Origin: Cyanophora paradoxa CCMP329
Lineage: Eukaryota; Plantae; Glaucophyta
Reading direction: 5' to 3'
Length of the DNA: 64,000 nt
NCBI GenBank assembly: GCA_004431415.1
Contig: QPMI01000218.1
Coordinates: 55,628-119,627, forward strand
Of this stretch, positions 30,600-42,671 are shown piece after piece (position 1 is the stretch's first letter; each line of letters opens with the position of its first letter). The notes beneath the pieces were generated by a model, which had not been told where the DNA came from, ran no database searches, and was given only the letters and a program-made list of their open reading frames with translations. A program made the translations under genes and the position numbers.

Positions 30600-33500
30600 A
30601 ATTGGTGGGGTTCTCCTGGAAGCGAGCTGCAGACAATCAGTTCGTACATGCGAGTGCGAGCGTCTTCGAATTCAAGCGCTTGAAAGCACTCACATTGACC
30701 AGCCTAGGCGCCGCGCCGTTCTTGTACGCCGTGCCATTGACGGAGATGCCCCTGCGAGCGCGATAAATTTCACACCGTTGTACGCCAACACCTATACTTC
30801 GCTACATATATATACCAGCCTTCCACCTGTACATGTTTTGCGAGTGAGTTGCGCGCAATATTTTAATTTGTGAAAAACGAATAGCAAACCGGATAATGAT
30901 GAATAATAAAGTCCCCGCAAAATGACATCTGGACAACGTATGATAGAAACGTTAGTGACACAAAGTAAAACCTGGGCTGATCCGATTGCAGGCTGCAACT
31001 CGCCTGCCGGCCTTGCCTCCACCCGTTGGGGTTCGGGGATGCATTTGCCTCAACGTAGTCGTCCCATTGAGGCCCTGCACAGACCCGAAATTAAAACAGT
31101 AAATTTATATGTTGCCACACAGGTGTTCCAGCCATCTGTTTTTATGGCAACAGATAAACGCGTCTCCTTTTGCGCACAGGTGTTCCAGCCATCCTTGTCA
31201 CTGGCAGTGTACATGCACCATGCATCAGAACTTTTCAAACGACACGTTCGAAGCACGTCTACGCACACGTCAACAAAAAGGCCGAATCCGGGAGGACGGG
31301 TCTCCAGCTGCGTTGCGATATTTCTTAATATATTATTACATTGCGTCAGGTGCGAGAGATCTAGCGTGCAGCGACTTACAACAGCCCATCGAGCGTACGT
31401 GTAGCCGTAGGGCCAGGAGTTGGGGGGCCGGGCGAAGGACCCAAGGGTTCCTTGTATCCCGTTTATGCCGGCCAGGATCGTGTCACCGACGACGAAGTAG
31501 TCTCCGCTGCAGGCATCGGGGTACGCAGGGGCGGGGAAAGAGCACGATAGCTGCTTTGACGCAGCGGTATACGCCCCCCTAGCGGGTAGTGATACGGCTG
31601 GCGGGCAGGTGCATGAGTGCTCGAGCTCAGGTGCAGGAAACGCACACGCAGTGCACCAAGATTTCCGCGAATCTGTGATCGCGTAAATTAATTCCGGTAG
31701 GTTTAAACGACTGTAAGACTTCAGCGTGTCATTACCTCGAACAGGGGGATCTGGTGATGCACAGGCACTGGATCGATATTCGCAAAAAAGGAAGCTAAAG
31801 CGTTCGCACATGAAATTCGACTTCTATATCGCCATTCCAGTGATAGTGCCACACTTCTTTCGCAGCAGTTGACAGCGTCGTGGGATAAGTGCTCCGGTCG
31901 GTATTGATGTTTGAAAAATCGGTTGGGTAGGACTTCATATACTCCCCGTCCAAAAGTCCGAGCCTTCCAACGGATCGTGAATTTCTTTTAGACGAGGTCA
32001 CGCGCTAAGCAAACACCCTCACCAACGTGGAAAGCTTCCGCCGCCAGCTTGCGCGAGGGTGGTGGCCATGGTTGGGTTCGGGTCGTTTGCGCTTGAGGCC
32101 CTCCTCCCGAGCTGTTCGCGCGCACCCCTAGGTGATCACGACGGCATGCATGCGCATGATCGGGGTCACGAGCGCACATAATTAATGAGTTCGAATGCGG
32201 CTACACCTGGCTGCGTATTGGAAGATCATGATCAGCAATGGAATGTCAGAAGGTGCAGGCTAAATTATAAGCTTCTTTTACCGGACCTGATACTTCATAA
32301 ACTGAAAGAACCCATCCTGATTTCCTTTGAAGTCCACGTCGCTCGTGTTGTAAGTGGTGTGCCTTGACATTGAAAAGCGCCCGCCGTCCGTGCGCCGAAT
32401 GCGCAGGCAAAAATCGTCGTTCACGAGGATAGGCGTCGTACATTGCACGTATGTGTCGATGGCCTTCGTGTCAGGGTCTTTATCGGCAGTATTTACGGTA
32501 GTTGTGCCACACGCTAAAGGCATGCAGCATGAGATTGGAATAAGCTGCTAGATCAGAATCTAACACGCACTGCCTAGCTTGGGGTAATTGGTTTCGTCGG
32601 GGGTACCATCCGCTTTCGTGAATTTTTTCTATTTTGCAATAACGATCAATCATTTTCATAGCATGATCAGATATTGCAATTGATCTCGTGTAGTGAGCGA
32701 CGCACCGTCACGTTGGGATACGACCTGGCCGGCGCAGGTCCTTTTACCTCCGGCGGCCGTCGCTCATAGTCGGTGATCGCAACCTGGAATTTTTTGTCAT
32801 GGACTCACATAATGAGACTCTCTTGATACAAGTCTTGGTGCATGTAATTATAATTATAAGTTACATGTAAGCTGAACTCGAAAAAGATGGTAGAATATTA
32901 ATATTCGAGTGTGTCACCTCCATCGCCATTGAGCAGTCCGAAGCACTGAGCGTCCCGTCGTTGTTGAAGCACACTTCATTAACCGGGTGATGCGTCCTGT
33001 AGACGTCGACCATGAATGAGATTTGAGGATTCGCGCTAGCGAACAGAGAATGATTGGAGAGACGCGCGTAAACCAAACCCCAGTGATCTGCGATTTGAAG
33101 TGAGTAGAATCTCAGTCGCGAATCGCAATTAACATGCGTACGCTGATGGGCTGATTCACGTAACGTGCACAATACCACCAGATATCTGGGAACTATTCAG
33201 AGCTCACACATGGAGATGTACATCTCATTGTCGCCCGCAGCAGCAGCTGTCCGGGAAAGGCACCTTGCGGGCCTCTGACTCTAAAGGCACCGCCATCCGA
33301 AGGCATGGTTTCGGTCGAACCGAGATTGAAGACGTCCACCCGGTTCGTCCATCTCATGGGCCGCTTCCAGGTCCCTGCGATGCGATGCCGGTTGTAAACG
33401 CGGAGGGTGCACGTGCGCAAATGCGCGCGCATGACTGGGATGGGCTTTCTCACCATCAACGGCGCCTCCCTGACTCGCGCTCATCACATCCTGCGTCCCC

Positions 33501-33810
33501 TTCGGCATCGTGTACGACGTGAACAGTGCTTTGTCTCCAGAAGCGCCGTTCGAAAAGTGCACAGCAGGGCGCCCCTGAATCCCGCTTGGACCCATGTCGC
33601 CCGATCCTTTCGTTCTGCAGAAGCGAGCGAGCAGAGTTGGGTCAAGAGCCGTGGCGCGCGCATGAGTGCTATATGTATACATATACACGCGAATACATAG
33701 TGGAACGCGTCAGGGGCACTTGAGCTCGCTCACTTGGCGCCTGATTCGACGTAGGCCGCCTCGGCTCCCGGGTTTTCAGCCAGCAATTGGAGAAGAACAA
33801 TAGCGAGCAT
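30600..33810 (-). CDS. Multi-exon host gene for a secreted Cys-containing protein (exon structure approximate)
   Basis: MLAIVLLQLLAENPGAEAAYVESG signal-like start followed by a GTGAG donor; coding-like segments separated by short GT-AG introns (e.g. 30693-30627). Confidence 0.5.
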
Positions 33811-34247
33811 AGCTAGTGCCGCAGCTCCAGGTTTGGGTCTGCGGGCTGGCCGTATGCACGGCCATGGCTCTAGGAGAATCATCTCGCGACCGCCGTGGCA
33901 CCCGCGATCGAGCTGCCGCAGTGCTGCGAGACCGTCGACGTCGGATCAGCTGCAGCTGGTCCTAGTCGAATTACCGTACGCGAGCGCTGCAGCTGCCGCA
34001 GTGCTCCGCTGCAGCTATCAGAAATCGATCGCTTATGCTTGCAAACTTTTTGCAGAGCCGGAGCGCTGGAGTTGCACTTTCTAAGTGTAAGCGCTGGAGC
34101 TAGCGCGCGGCTCTAGATCTTTCTGGAGCTGCCGCAGTGCCAGTGCCAGGCTGCTGGGCAGTGCTGGGCACTGCTGGCTAGCGATCGCTGGCTAGCGATC
34201 GATATAGTACTACGGTAGACGTCGGTAGTACTGCTAGTATTAGGCTA

Positions 34248-34596
34248 CTGTAAGTCGGGAAATATTTAGTATACTGGATCTTTATAGTACCAAAGTTTTG
34301 AGGCCTGACTACTAAAGTTTTATCGTATACTAAACCGAGGTGCGAGGGGGGGTACGTAGCCCGCGCGCGCAGCCAAAGTTGCAGTGCGGGAGAAGCTAGC
34401 TATAGTGCTAGGGGGCTTCCGGACTCTCCAACAGATCAAGACCCCCTGGTGCGCCCACCCCCTTCCAAAGGCCGCTACGTATACTAAAGCGCTCCGCGCG
34501 GCTATCGATATCTCTTAATTATTTTCAGCCTACTAAACCGACCAAACCCCGGGATTACTAATTATTTTGGGGTCTTAAATATTACCCGAATTACAG
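34248..34596 (+). mobile_element. MITE family A, copy 1 (Tc1/mariner-like, TA flanks)
   Basis: TA-CTGTAAGTCGGGAAATATTTA ... TAAATATTACCCGAATTACAG-TA. Confidence 0.85.
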
Positions 34597-35409
34597 TAGT
34601 AGAAGCCCTGGCCCCTGATCTACCCTAGTACTACGGTACGGTACGTTACTCCGAGGCTCACAGAGTCAGTGATCATGACTGTCACGTTACCGTAGTATAC
34701 GTACTCACTGAGTCACGTACCGCCGCTACTATAGGCCACTGAGCGGTTACTACCGCGTCCGACTCGGCGACGGTCGTTCGGAGAACTTCGGAGTAAGTTC
34801 GGACTCGTTCCGGCCAGTCGCTGACTCCCTACCCTAGAGTACATGTACATGAGTCCCGGTCCTCGACTCCCGGTCCCAGAGTCCCGGAGTCCCTAGCTGT
34901 CATGCACCGTGATGCACGTGCGCATGCACGCCGCTGCACGGTAGTATAGTACTACGGTCTGTGCACGTGTGACGGTACCGCCCGGTAACCGTTGAACCGC
35001 CCGGCCGTACCGGACCTACTTACTACCGGTACGGCGGTACCGGCCGTCACGGCGTACCGGTCCGACGCCGGACCGACTCGGCGACCGTCGGACGGTCCGG
35101 ACTCCCGAGTCCGGACTCGAGCTCCCGATCCGGACTCCGGACTCCGGAGTCCGGACCGTCCGACGGTACCGCCCGACCCCCGTCGCCGCGGGCCGTCGCG
35201 ATCGGCGCCGCGGACTCCGGCCGATCGCGAGCCGCGCGCGGGACATCGTCGCATCGATATCGATAATATGATTCGATATCCCGATTCCCGAGTCCCGACT
35301 CCCGACTCCCGAGTCCCGACTCTCGGCGAATCCCGATCATCGGATATCGCGATATCCGAGTCGATTCTCGCTTAGGAATCCGGTGATCGCTAACACCCGG
35401 ACCCCGACC

Positions 35410-35610
35410 ATAGTAATTAGTTCGGTCTCAAATTAGTTCGTTTTAGAGCGTCAGCGAATGAGGCGGGGAGGTAAACGCTGTACTCCTACGGTATTTTCTT
35501 AGCGCCATTTTATTAGTGCGGTCTCAAATTAGTGCGTTTTCACGGCAAAAAAAACGCACTAATTTGGTACCGAACTAATATTATGCGCGAACTAATATTC
35601 TGTTACACGG
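35410..35610. mobile_element. Degenerate MITE with internal AATTAGT(T/G)CG repeats
   Basis: Direct copies on the left, inverted copies on the right; ends in ACACGG-TA. Confidence 0.55.
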
Positions 35611-35696
35611 TATATATATATAACACTGAGGACCGTGGGCCCGGGAATCAATGGGCCCGGGATGATACTGGTACGGTTTCATCATGGAGTCATGTA

Positions 35697-36046
35697 CTGT
35701 AATTCGGGTAATATTTAAGACCCCAAAATAATTAGTAATCCCGGGGTTTGGTCGGTTTAGTAGGCTGAAAATAATTAAGAGTTGGCCGCGCGGAGCGCTT
35801 TAGTAGCGGCCTTTAATTTGGAAGGGGTGGGCGCGCCCGGCGGCCAGGGGTCTTGCATGATCTGTTGGAGAGTCCGGAAGCCCCTCGCACTATAGCTAGC
35901 TTCTCCCGCAATGCATCTTTGGCTGCGCGGGCGGGATACGTACCCCCCTCGCACCTCGGTTTAGTATACGATAAAACTTTAGTAGTCAGGCCTCAAAACT
36001 TTGGTACTATAAAGATCCAGTATACTAAATATTTCCCGACTTACAG
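35697..36046 (-). mobile_element. MITE family A, copy 2 (inverted relative to copy 1)
   Basis: Reverse complement of 34248-34596 with small indels; TA flanks. Confidence 0.85.
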
Positions 36047-36182
36047 TAAATGATGTAATTATAAGATCCCTCAAAATTAAAGGGATCCGGACTCCGGGAG
36101 TTTAAACTTTAAATAGTATCTCTGCAGATGTCGTCTATGCTATTGGGCGGCTAGTATCAATGCCTGGGTAAGTACCACGGTA

Positions 36183-36456
36183 CCGTGTTACACTAAATTG
36201 ACAGCCCGTTAATTAACAGGTTATAAAATCTGGCCCTCCATTCGGCGAAATAACAGAGCCCCAAATTAACAGATTATGCAAATTTAGGATTGTATGGGGC
36301 AGTAATGTTGGGGGGTAGATTGTATAAGACGACTGAACAGCAGCGAATTAGCAGAGTCCCAAATTAACAGCTAGACTATGTCAAAATTTCGGTCTGTTAA
36401 TTCAAGGATTTGGGACTCTGTTAATTAAGTGAGTCCAGTATTTAAGTGTTGCGCGG
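36183..36456. mobile_element. MITE family B (TA-CCG ends, AATTAACAG internal repeats)
   Basis: TA-CCGTGTTACACTAAAT ... ATTTAAGTGTTGCGCGG-TA imperfect TIR. Confidence 0.65.
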
Positions 36457-37377
36457 TAGAGTCCGGGACTCCGGGTACCGTAGTACTACGGTAGTAGAAC
36501 CACAATTTCGGCGCATTTTTCAGGTTTTGCCGAAATAAAGTGACGCCGGACATTTCTCGTTTTACAGTACACGGGGCCAGTCACGGGCAACCTTGAACCT
36601 AGCGGCGCTCAGCGGCTAGCGCTGCCAAGCAAATTGCCCGTAGCAATCAACTGTGCCATTGGTTCAATGCGCTCTTTTTTTGTTTTCGATTTTGTTTTTA
36701 AAAAAGGACCGCGCGCGCCGCCGCCGCCGCGGCGCGCGCCGCGGCCGGCGCGCGCGCCGCGCGAGTCCGAGTCGACTGATGTGACTCGACTCGGCGTCGA
36801 GTCGACTAGTCGGCGAGTCGACGGCGACTCCCCGGCCGCGGGCGGCCGGGCCCCGACTCGGCGAGTCGCCGTCGTCGACTCGCCGACTCGCGAGTCGCGA
36901 TCGACGCCGATATCGATCGGACCGCGCGCGACTTGTGGGATCACTGGGATACTGGTATGCAATTGGGCAACGGATCATCGATTCATCGTGCGCAGTTGAA
37001 TCGCGCAGCCGAGCGTTTAACGGCTTGAACTTGCATTTGAACAAATTAACTAGTAATATTGAGCTGCAGCCTGCAGACTCAGTGCAGAGTCAGTGCAGAC
37101 CCGGTGACCGACCGCGCGCCGCCGGCTGAAGGGCCGAGCAGGCGCACTACCTGGTAGCTAGTCTGAGCCTAGCCTAGCCTAGCCGCTGTGGCGCCCCGAC
37201 CCTCAGGGTCTGTACCCCTAACCCCTGTGCCCGTACCCCCTCGGCCGCGCGGCAATTGCAGGCGTCTTCAAATTTCATTCGACGCGCGGCCGCCGAGACG
37301 AGCTAATATAATCGAACATAAGCCAGTCAAGGCCGGCGTCGGATCTGGAGCGCAGCCGAGGGCTCTCAGGGGCGGGC

Positions 37378-38924
37378 TCAGGCGACGAGGGCCTCCCCCC
37401 CGTCGACGGCGAGCTCGGCGCCCGTGACGAGCGCCGCCTCGGGCGACGCCAGCCACGCCGCCGCCCGCGCCACGTCCCCGCCGACGGCGACGCCCGCAGC
37501 GGCGCCGCCCCTCGCGGTACTTCACTGCCCGGCCCGTGGGCGGGCGGGCGGGGCGGGGCGGTCGGGCGGGCGAGGGTACCGGGTGGGCGGCCTCCTCGGG
37601 GCCCGCTCCGTGCGGCTCTCCAGAGTCGCGTACCCTCCACCCGTCCTGCGCCGGCGGCCTCAGCGGCCCGGGGCGGGCGGGGCGGGGCGGGGCGGGGCGG
37701 GCGGGGCGGGCCGGGGACGAGGACGTTGACGCGGATGCGGTGCGCCCCGAGCTCCTGCGCATGCGCCGCCGCCGCCGCCGCCCGTGAGGCGGGCCGGGGC
37801 CGGGGGCCGGGGCGGGGCGGGGCGGGCCGCGGCGAGCATCTTCGCCATCGCGTGCGTCGCCGCCTGCGCGAGCCTCAGCGCCCCGCCCGGCCCGCCCGGC
37901 CCTCCCCCGGGCCTTGGAGGCGGCGTAGGCGGCGGCGCCGGGGGCGTTGAAGGAGCGCGTCCCGAGGGCGTCCCCAGCACCACCACCGCGCCCCGCCCGC
38001 GCCCGCAGGTGCGGCACCGCGTACCTGGCGAGGCGCGTCGGCTGGCGGGCGGGCGGGGCGGGGGCGGGGCGGGGCGGGGGCGGGGCGGGCTTGATGGAGG
38101 CCAGGTGCCCCGCAGGTTCGTGTCGACGACGGCGTCCCACCTGCGGCGGCGTGAGGGGCGGCGTGAGGGGCGGGGCGCTGGGCGGGGCGGGGCGGGCGGG
38201 GCGGGCTCGTCGGGGGCGATCTGCTCGACGGGGCCCAGGTGCCGTAGACGCCGGCGGCGCAGACGAGGGCGTCCAGGCCGCCCAGCCGCCCCGCCAGCTC
38301 GTTCACCGCCCGCTCCACCTCCGCCGGCTTCGACACTGCCGCCCCGTCGCCCCGCGGCCCCGGCCCCGGCCCCGGCGCGCGCGTCGGACTCGAGCGCGCG
38401 CGCGCGCACCGTCGGCGGCGGCGGTGAAGACCTGCGCGCCGGCGAGCTCCTTCCTCACCGCCTCCAGGTCCTCCCCGGCCCGCGAGATCAGCCCCAGCTG
38501 CGCCGCGGCGAGACCGGGGATCGATATCGACATCCGGAGCGAAGCAGGCACAGCCCGAGGCGCGCGCGGCGGCCCGAGACGCGGGGCGCGGCGGGAGATC
38601 GCGCGGGCGCGCGGTCCGAATTCGGATCAGAGTCGCGCGGGCGCGCGACGAGCCTTGGCCTTCTTGTGGGCGAAGAGGTTCGCGGTGGCGCGCCCAATGC
38701 CGCTCGCTGCGCCCGTAATGATCACTGCTTGCGCTGCGGGACGCCGCCGTCAATTCGCAGTGCGCGAGGGTGCGGTCGGGCCTTAGACTAATGGCGCGGG
38801 CCGGCGGCACTCAATCTAGAAGCGGGAGGGAGAACGGGAACGCGAGGGAGAGCGGCACCAGAGCCGGCGGTCGCATCCTGAGACTCTTCCTAGCAGGTAC
38901 GAGCGCACGGCGCGCACCGGCCAT
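37378..38924 (-). CDS. Short-chain dehydrogenase/reductase, multi-exon (start uncertain)
   Basis: VIITGAASGIGRATA, GLDALVCAAG, WDAVVDTNLRG, YAASK, IRVNVLVP, DVARAAAWLASPEAALVTGAELAVDGG. Confidence 0.85.
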
Positions 38925-38997
38925 TTGCTCTCGGCGAAGAGTAGCAGAAGTGCGGGAGCGGCGGCAGCGTACCCGCGACCAGCTTCCCCCCCCCCCG

Positions 38998-40880
38998 ATG
39001 CCGGCCTCCTCCTCGAAGCGGGCGAAGCGCGGGCGTGCCGAAGGTGCATTAATCTTGCGAGGTGAGTATCGCGTAGCGCAGCCTCTCAATCGCTCCGCTC
39101 GAGCGCAGCCAGCGAGGCGCAACCGGACGCCGGCGAGGATGCAGAGGAGGCGGAGCGCGCGGCCCCGAAGCGGAGGAAGTCGAAGGATCGCGCCGGTGCG
39201 CACGCTACGCCTGCGCGCCTCGAGCCGCGCGACCCCAACCGCAGCCGCATCCGCCGCAGCGACCCGATCCGCGTACTGGGAGCCAGCAGTGGCGGCGGGC
39301 GCAAAGCGGGCGCGAAGAGAATCCTCGCAGAGCGCCGGAACGAAGCAGAGCGGCGCGCGTACGGCGCGGCGTCAGAGAGCGCTTCCTGCGGACGCGGCGC
39401 CGGCGCCCGCGTCCGCGCCAGATCTAGACGAGCTGCCGGCCCGCGGCGGGAGGGCGGCCGCGGGAGGCGCGCCGGTGCGCTCGCCGTCCGACTCCGCCGC
39501 GCGCCGTGACGCGACCGCAGGCCCCGCGACGCGATCGGCGTACTGGCCCCGCACCGGCGGAACCGCCGCCGCCCCGCGGGCCGCGAGCGCGGGCGGCGGG
39601 AGGCGGCGGCTGGCCACGGGAAGCGACGCGCAGGAGGCGAGAGGGGCGGAGGAGGCGGCGGAGGGGCGGGGGCCGGCGCGCCGGGGCCGGCGGAGCAGCC
39701 TCCGGCGGCGATCGGCCCGCGGACGCGGGGCCGCAGCCGGCGCGCCGCCGCCTCGCCGCAGCCTTCACCTGGAGGCGCGCGGGAATCGCAGCCGCCCGTG
39801 AAGCCCTCTCACGTCAACCCCGCATGCGCAGGCAGCGGGTCGGCCGGCGGGGCCGCAGAGCTCGAGGAGGCCGGGGTGCGGGGCCGGCGGCGGGGCGGGC
39901 CGGGCCCGCCGCCGCCGCTGCCGCCGTTCGACCCGCCGAGCGTGCCCGCGAGCCCGATGCTGAGGCGCGCCCCGGCCCCGGCCCCGCCCGCCCGCCCTTC
40001 GGTCCCTGAGGCGCGCCGGCAGGCCCGGGAGGAGACGGCGCCGGGATGGGAGGCCCCGCCTCGCCTCACGGCCTCATCCAGGTACCTCCCGCCCCGCCTG
40101 GCCCCGTACCCCGCCCGGCCCGAGCGGGGTACCCCCAGGAGCGGATCTGGCGGGACCCGTACAAGACGCTCGTGGCGGCGCTGCTCCTCAACCGCACCCG
40201 CGGCGCCCAGGCACGCCCCGTTCCCCCTGCCCACCCGTGTACCCCGGCCGACGGCTTGGCGGGGCGGGTACAGGTGCGGGCGGTGGTGTGGGCCCTGTTC
40301 GAGCGGTGGCCCACAGCCGCCGCGCTCGCCACCGCCGACGAGGCCCGCAGCCCTCTCTCTTGCCCCTGTACCCCCTTCGACTCGTTACCCCCCTGACCGG
40401 GACGCAGGGGGCGCTGCGCGAGCTCGTCACCCCCTCGGCCTCTACAACAAGCGCGCCAGGTACCCCACCCCCTGCGACCTGTACCCCCGCGCTCCCGAGC
40501 GCGGTACCCCCAGGACGCTGGTGCGGTTCGCGCGGGAGTTCCTCACGCTCCCCTGGACGGCCCCCTCCCAGCTCCACGGCGTCGGCAAGGCCCGTACCCC
40601 CGGCTCGCCCCCCCCGGCTTCCGACGGGGTACAGTACGCGGAGGACAGCTGGCGGATCTTCTGCCGCGGCGAGTGGCGCGAGGCGCGCCCCGAGGACCAC
40701 ATGCTCACCCACTACCACCGGTGCCCGTACCCCCGCCCGGCCCCGTACCCCCGCCTTGGGCTGACAGAGGGCGAGGTGGCTCTGGGAGACGCGCGGAGGG
40801 GGCGGGCAGCCCGGCGCCTCCGATCGGAGGGGGCGGCGGAGCCGGGCCGGAGGCGGGCGGGGGTACGAGAGCGGGGCCTG
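38998..40880 (+). CDS. MBD4: MBD4-like HhH-GPD DNA glycosylase, copy 1, multi-exon (end approximate)
   Basis: SPHGLIQE.IWRDPYKTLVAALLLNRTRG, FERWPT, PLGLYNKRA, LHGVGKYAEDSWRIFCRGEW, PEDHMLTHYHRWL. Confidence 0.85.
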
Positions 40881-41184
40881 AGGGGTGGCCCGCAGGCCCC
40901 TCCCGCTCTTCTCTCGGCGCGGGCTTCTGTCTTCGGAACCAATTGCAAGCCGCTGCACCTGCGCACGCGGGCCGAGGGAGGCGAGGCAATCTTGAAAAGA
41001 ATTGGTACAGGGTACACGGATGCAGACACGGGGTATGGGTGCGGTTCCCGAGGAAAAGAGAGAAGGGACCAAAGGGACTAACGGGAGACGAGGGATGGAA
41101 GAGGGGCCCAGGCCGGCGGGTCTGCGACGGCAGCGTCGGGCGGCGCGGCGGGCCCGCCCGTGGGGCTGCGGGGCGGCGCACCGG

Positions 41185-42421
41185 TCACTTGGGCGCGGAG
41201 GGCCCCGCCTTGCGCCGCCGCTTGGCGCGGCCGCTTGGCGCGGCCTCGAGCTCGGCGTTGCGCCCGCGCAGCGCGGCGAGCTCCGCCTCGAGCGCCGCGA
41301 CGCTGCCGCGCAGCTCCGCGACGCGCCCGCGCAGCTCCGCGACCTCCGCCTCGAGCCCCTCGCAGGCGGCTTCCCCGAAATCCAGCCGCCGCGCCGCCCC
41401 CTCCCCGGGCTCCTCCAGCGCCACCTGCCGCGCCGCGGATGAGCGCGCGCGCCGCGGGCGAGGCTGCGGGGCGGCGGCCGGCGGGGCACGCGCACGGGCG
41501 ACGGGCGGCGCTGCCCGCGGTGTCCGGGCTCGCTGCCGAGGCAGCCGAAGCGGAAGCGGAGCAGGCGTGGAGGCCCGACCCCTCGTCCTGGGCGAGGGTC
41601 AGGGGACAAGAGAGAGGGGCGGGCCGCAGCGCTCGTGAGCTCACGTCGGCCGGAGGGGCGTGAAGGGAGCGGAGATGGGCGAGGATGTCGTCGTCGGTTT
41701 GAACGTGCTCTGGCAGGCGCATGTCCGTGAGGGGGTTGCCGTCCAAGGCAAGATCGTACAGTTCCTCGAGCAGCCCGATCTCCGGCGGGAGCGTCATTAA
41801 CGAGTTCTCGCGCGCGGCCAGAACCTGCAGGCAGACGAGCTGCCCGATCTCCGAGGGGAGGGCCGTCAGCTTGTTGCCATCCACGTGGAGCTCCTCCAGG
41901 GCGACGAGCTGCCCGATCTCCGGAGGAAGTGCTGTCAGCTGATTACAACTCACCTGCAGGTCTCTCAAACAGACTAGCTGCCCGATCTCCGGCGGCAGCG
42001 CCGTGAGGTGGTTGTTGCTCAATTCCAGAACTTGCAAGGCCGCTAGGCACCCGATCTCCCGGGGGAGGGCCGTCAGCCGGTTCATTTCAAGTTGCAGATT
42101 CTCCAGGCTGGAAAGCTCGCAAATTGCACGAGGCAGAGTTGTCAGTCGATTCCCGCTGACGTCCAGATTCCGCAGGCTTGCGAGCTGCGCGATCTCCGGC
42201 GGCAGCGCTGAATTCGAAAGTTCATTGTTGCCGATGTCAAGCTGCCGCAGCTTCGACAGCTTCAACAGTCCCTCGCTGGGAATGCTGGAGAGACAGTTGA
42301 AGTCGAGCACGAGCCATTCGATGTTCGCGGGACCCGCCTCCTCGATCTCAGCCGTTGGCCACGCGGTCCGATTTTGATTCTGTAAAGCAAGCTTCCTCTG
42401 CCTGGCGATCCACCCTGACAT
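41185..42421 (-). CDS. Leucine-rich repeat protein with C-terminal coiled-coil (3' end approximate)
   Basis: About nine LxxLxLxxNxLTALPPEIGQL repeats from ATG 42421; intron near 41643; heptad segment LEAEVAELRGRVAELRG. Confidence 0.85.
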
Positions 42422-42671
42422 TGCGCTGCAGGACGCTTTTAAGGCGCGTAAAGGAACGCGCAAGCGCGGCTCGCCCATGCGCACCCGAATTCGGGCGCCG
42501 CAATTCAAACTTGTCCACGTTCGCGTCCGGGCGGGCTCCTGGCAGCGGCAGCAGGTCGAGAGGCTACAGGATACGACGGTGCACGCACACGCTCGCACAC
42601 CGGAGCGGCAGCGGCGAAGATCAGATGTGCGGAGGCGACGGCAGCGTACCCGCGACAGGCTCCTCCCCCGG

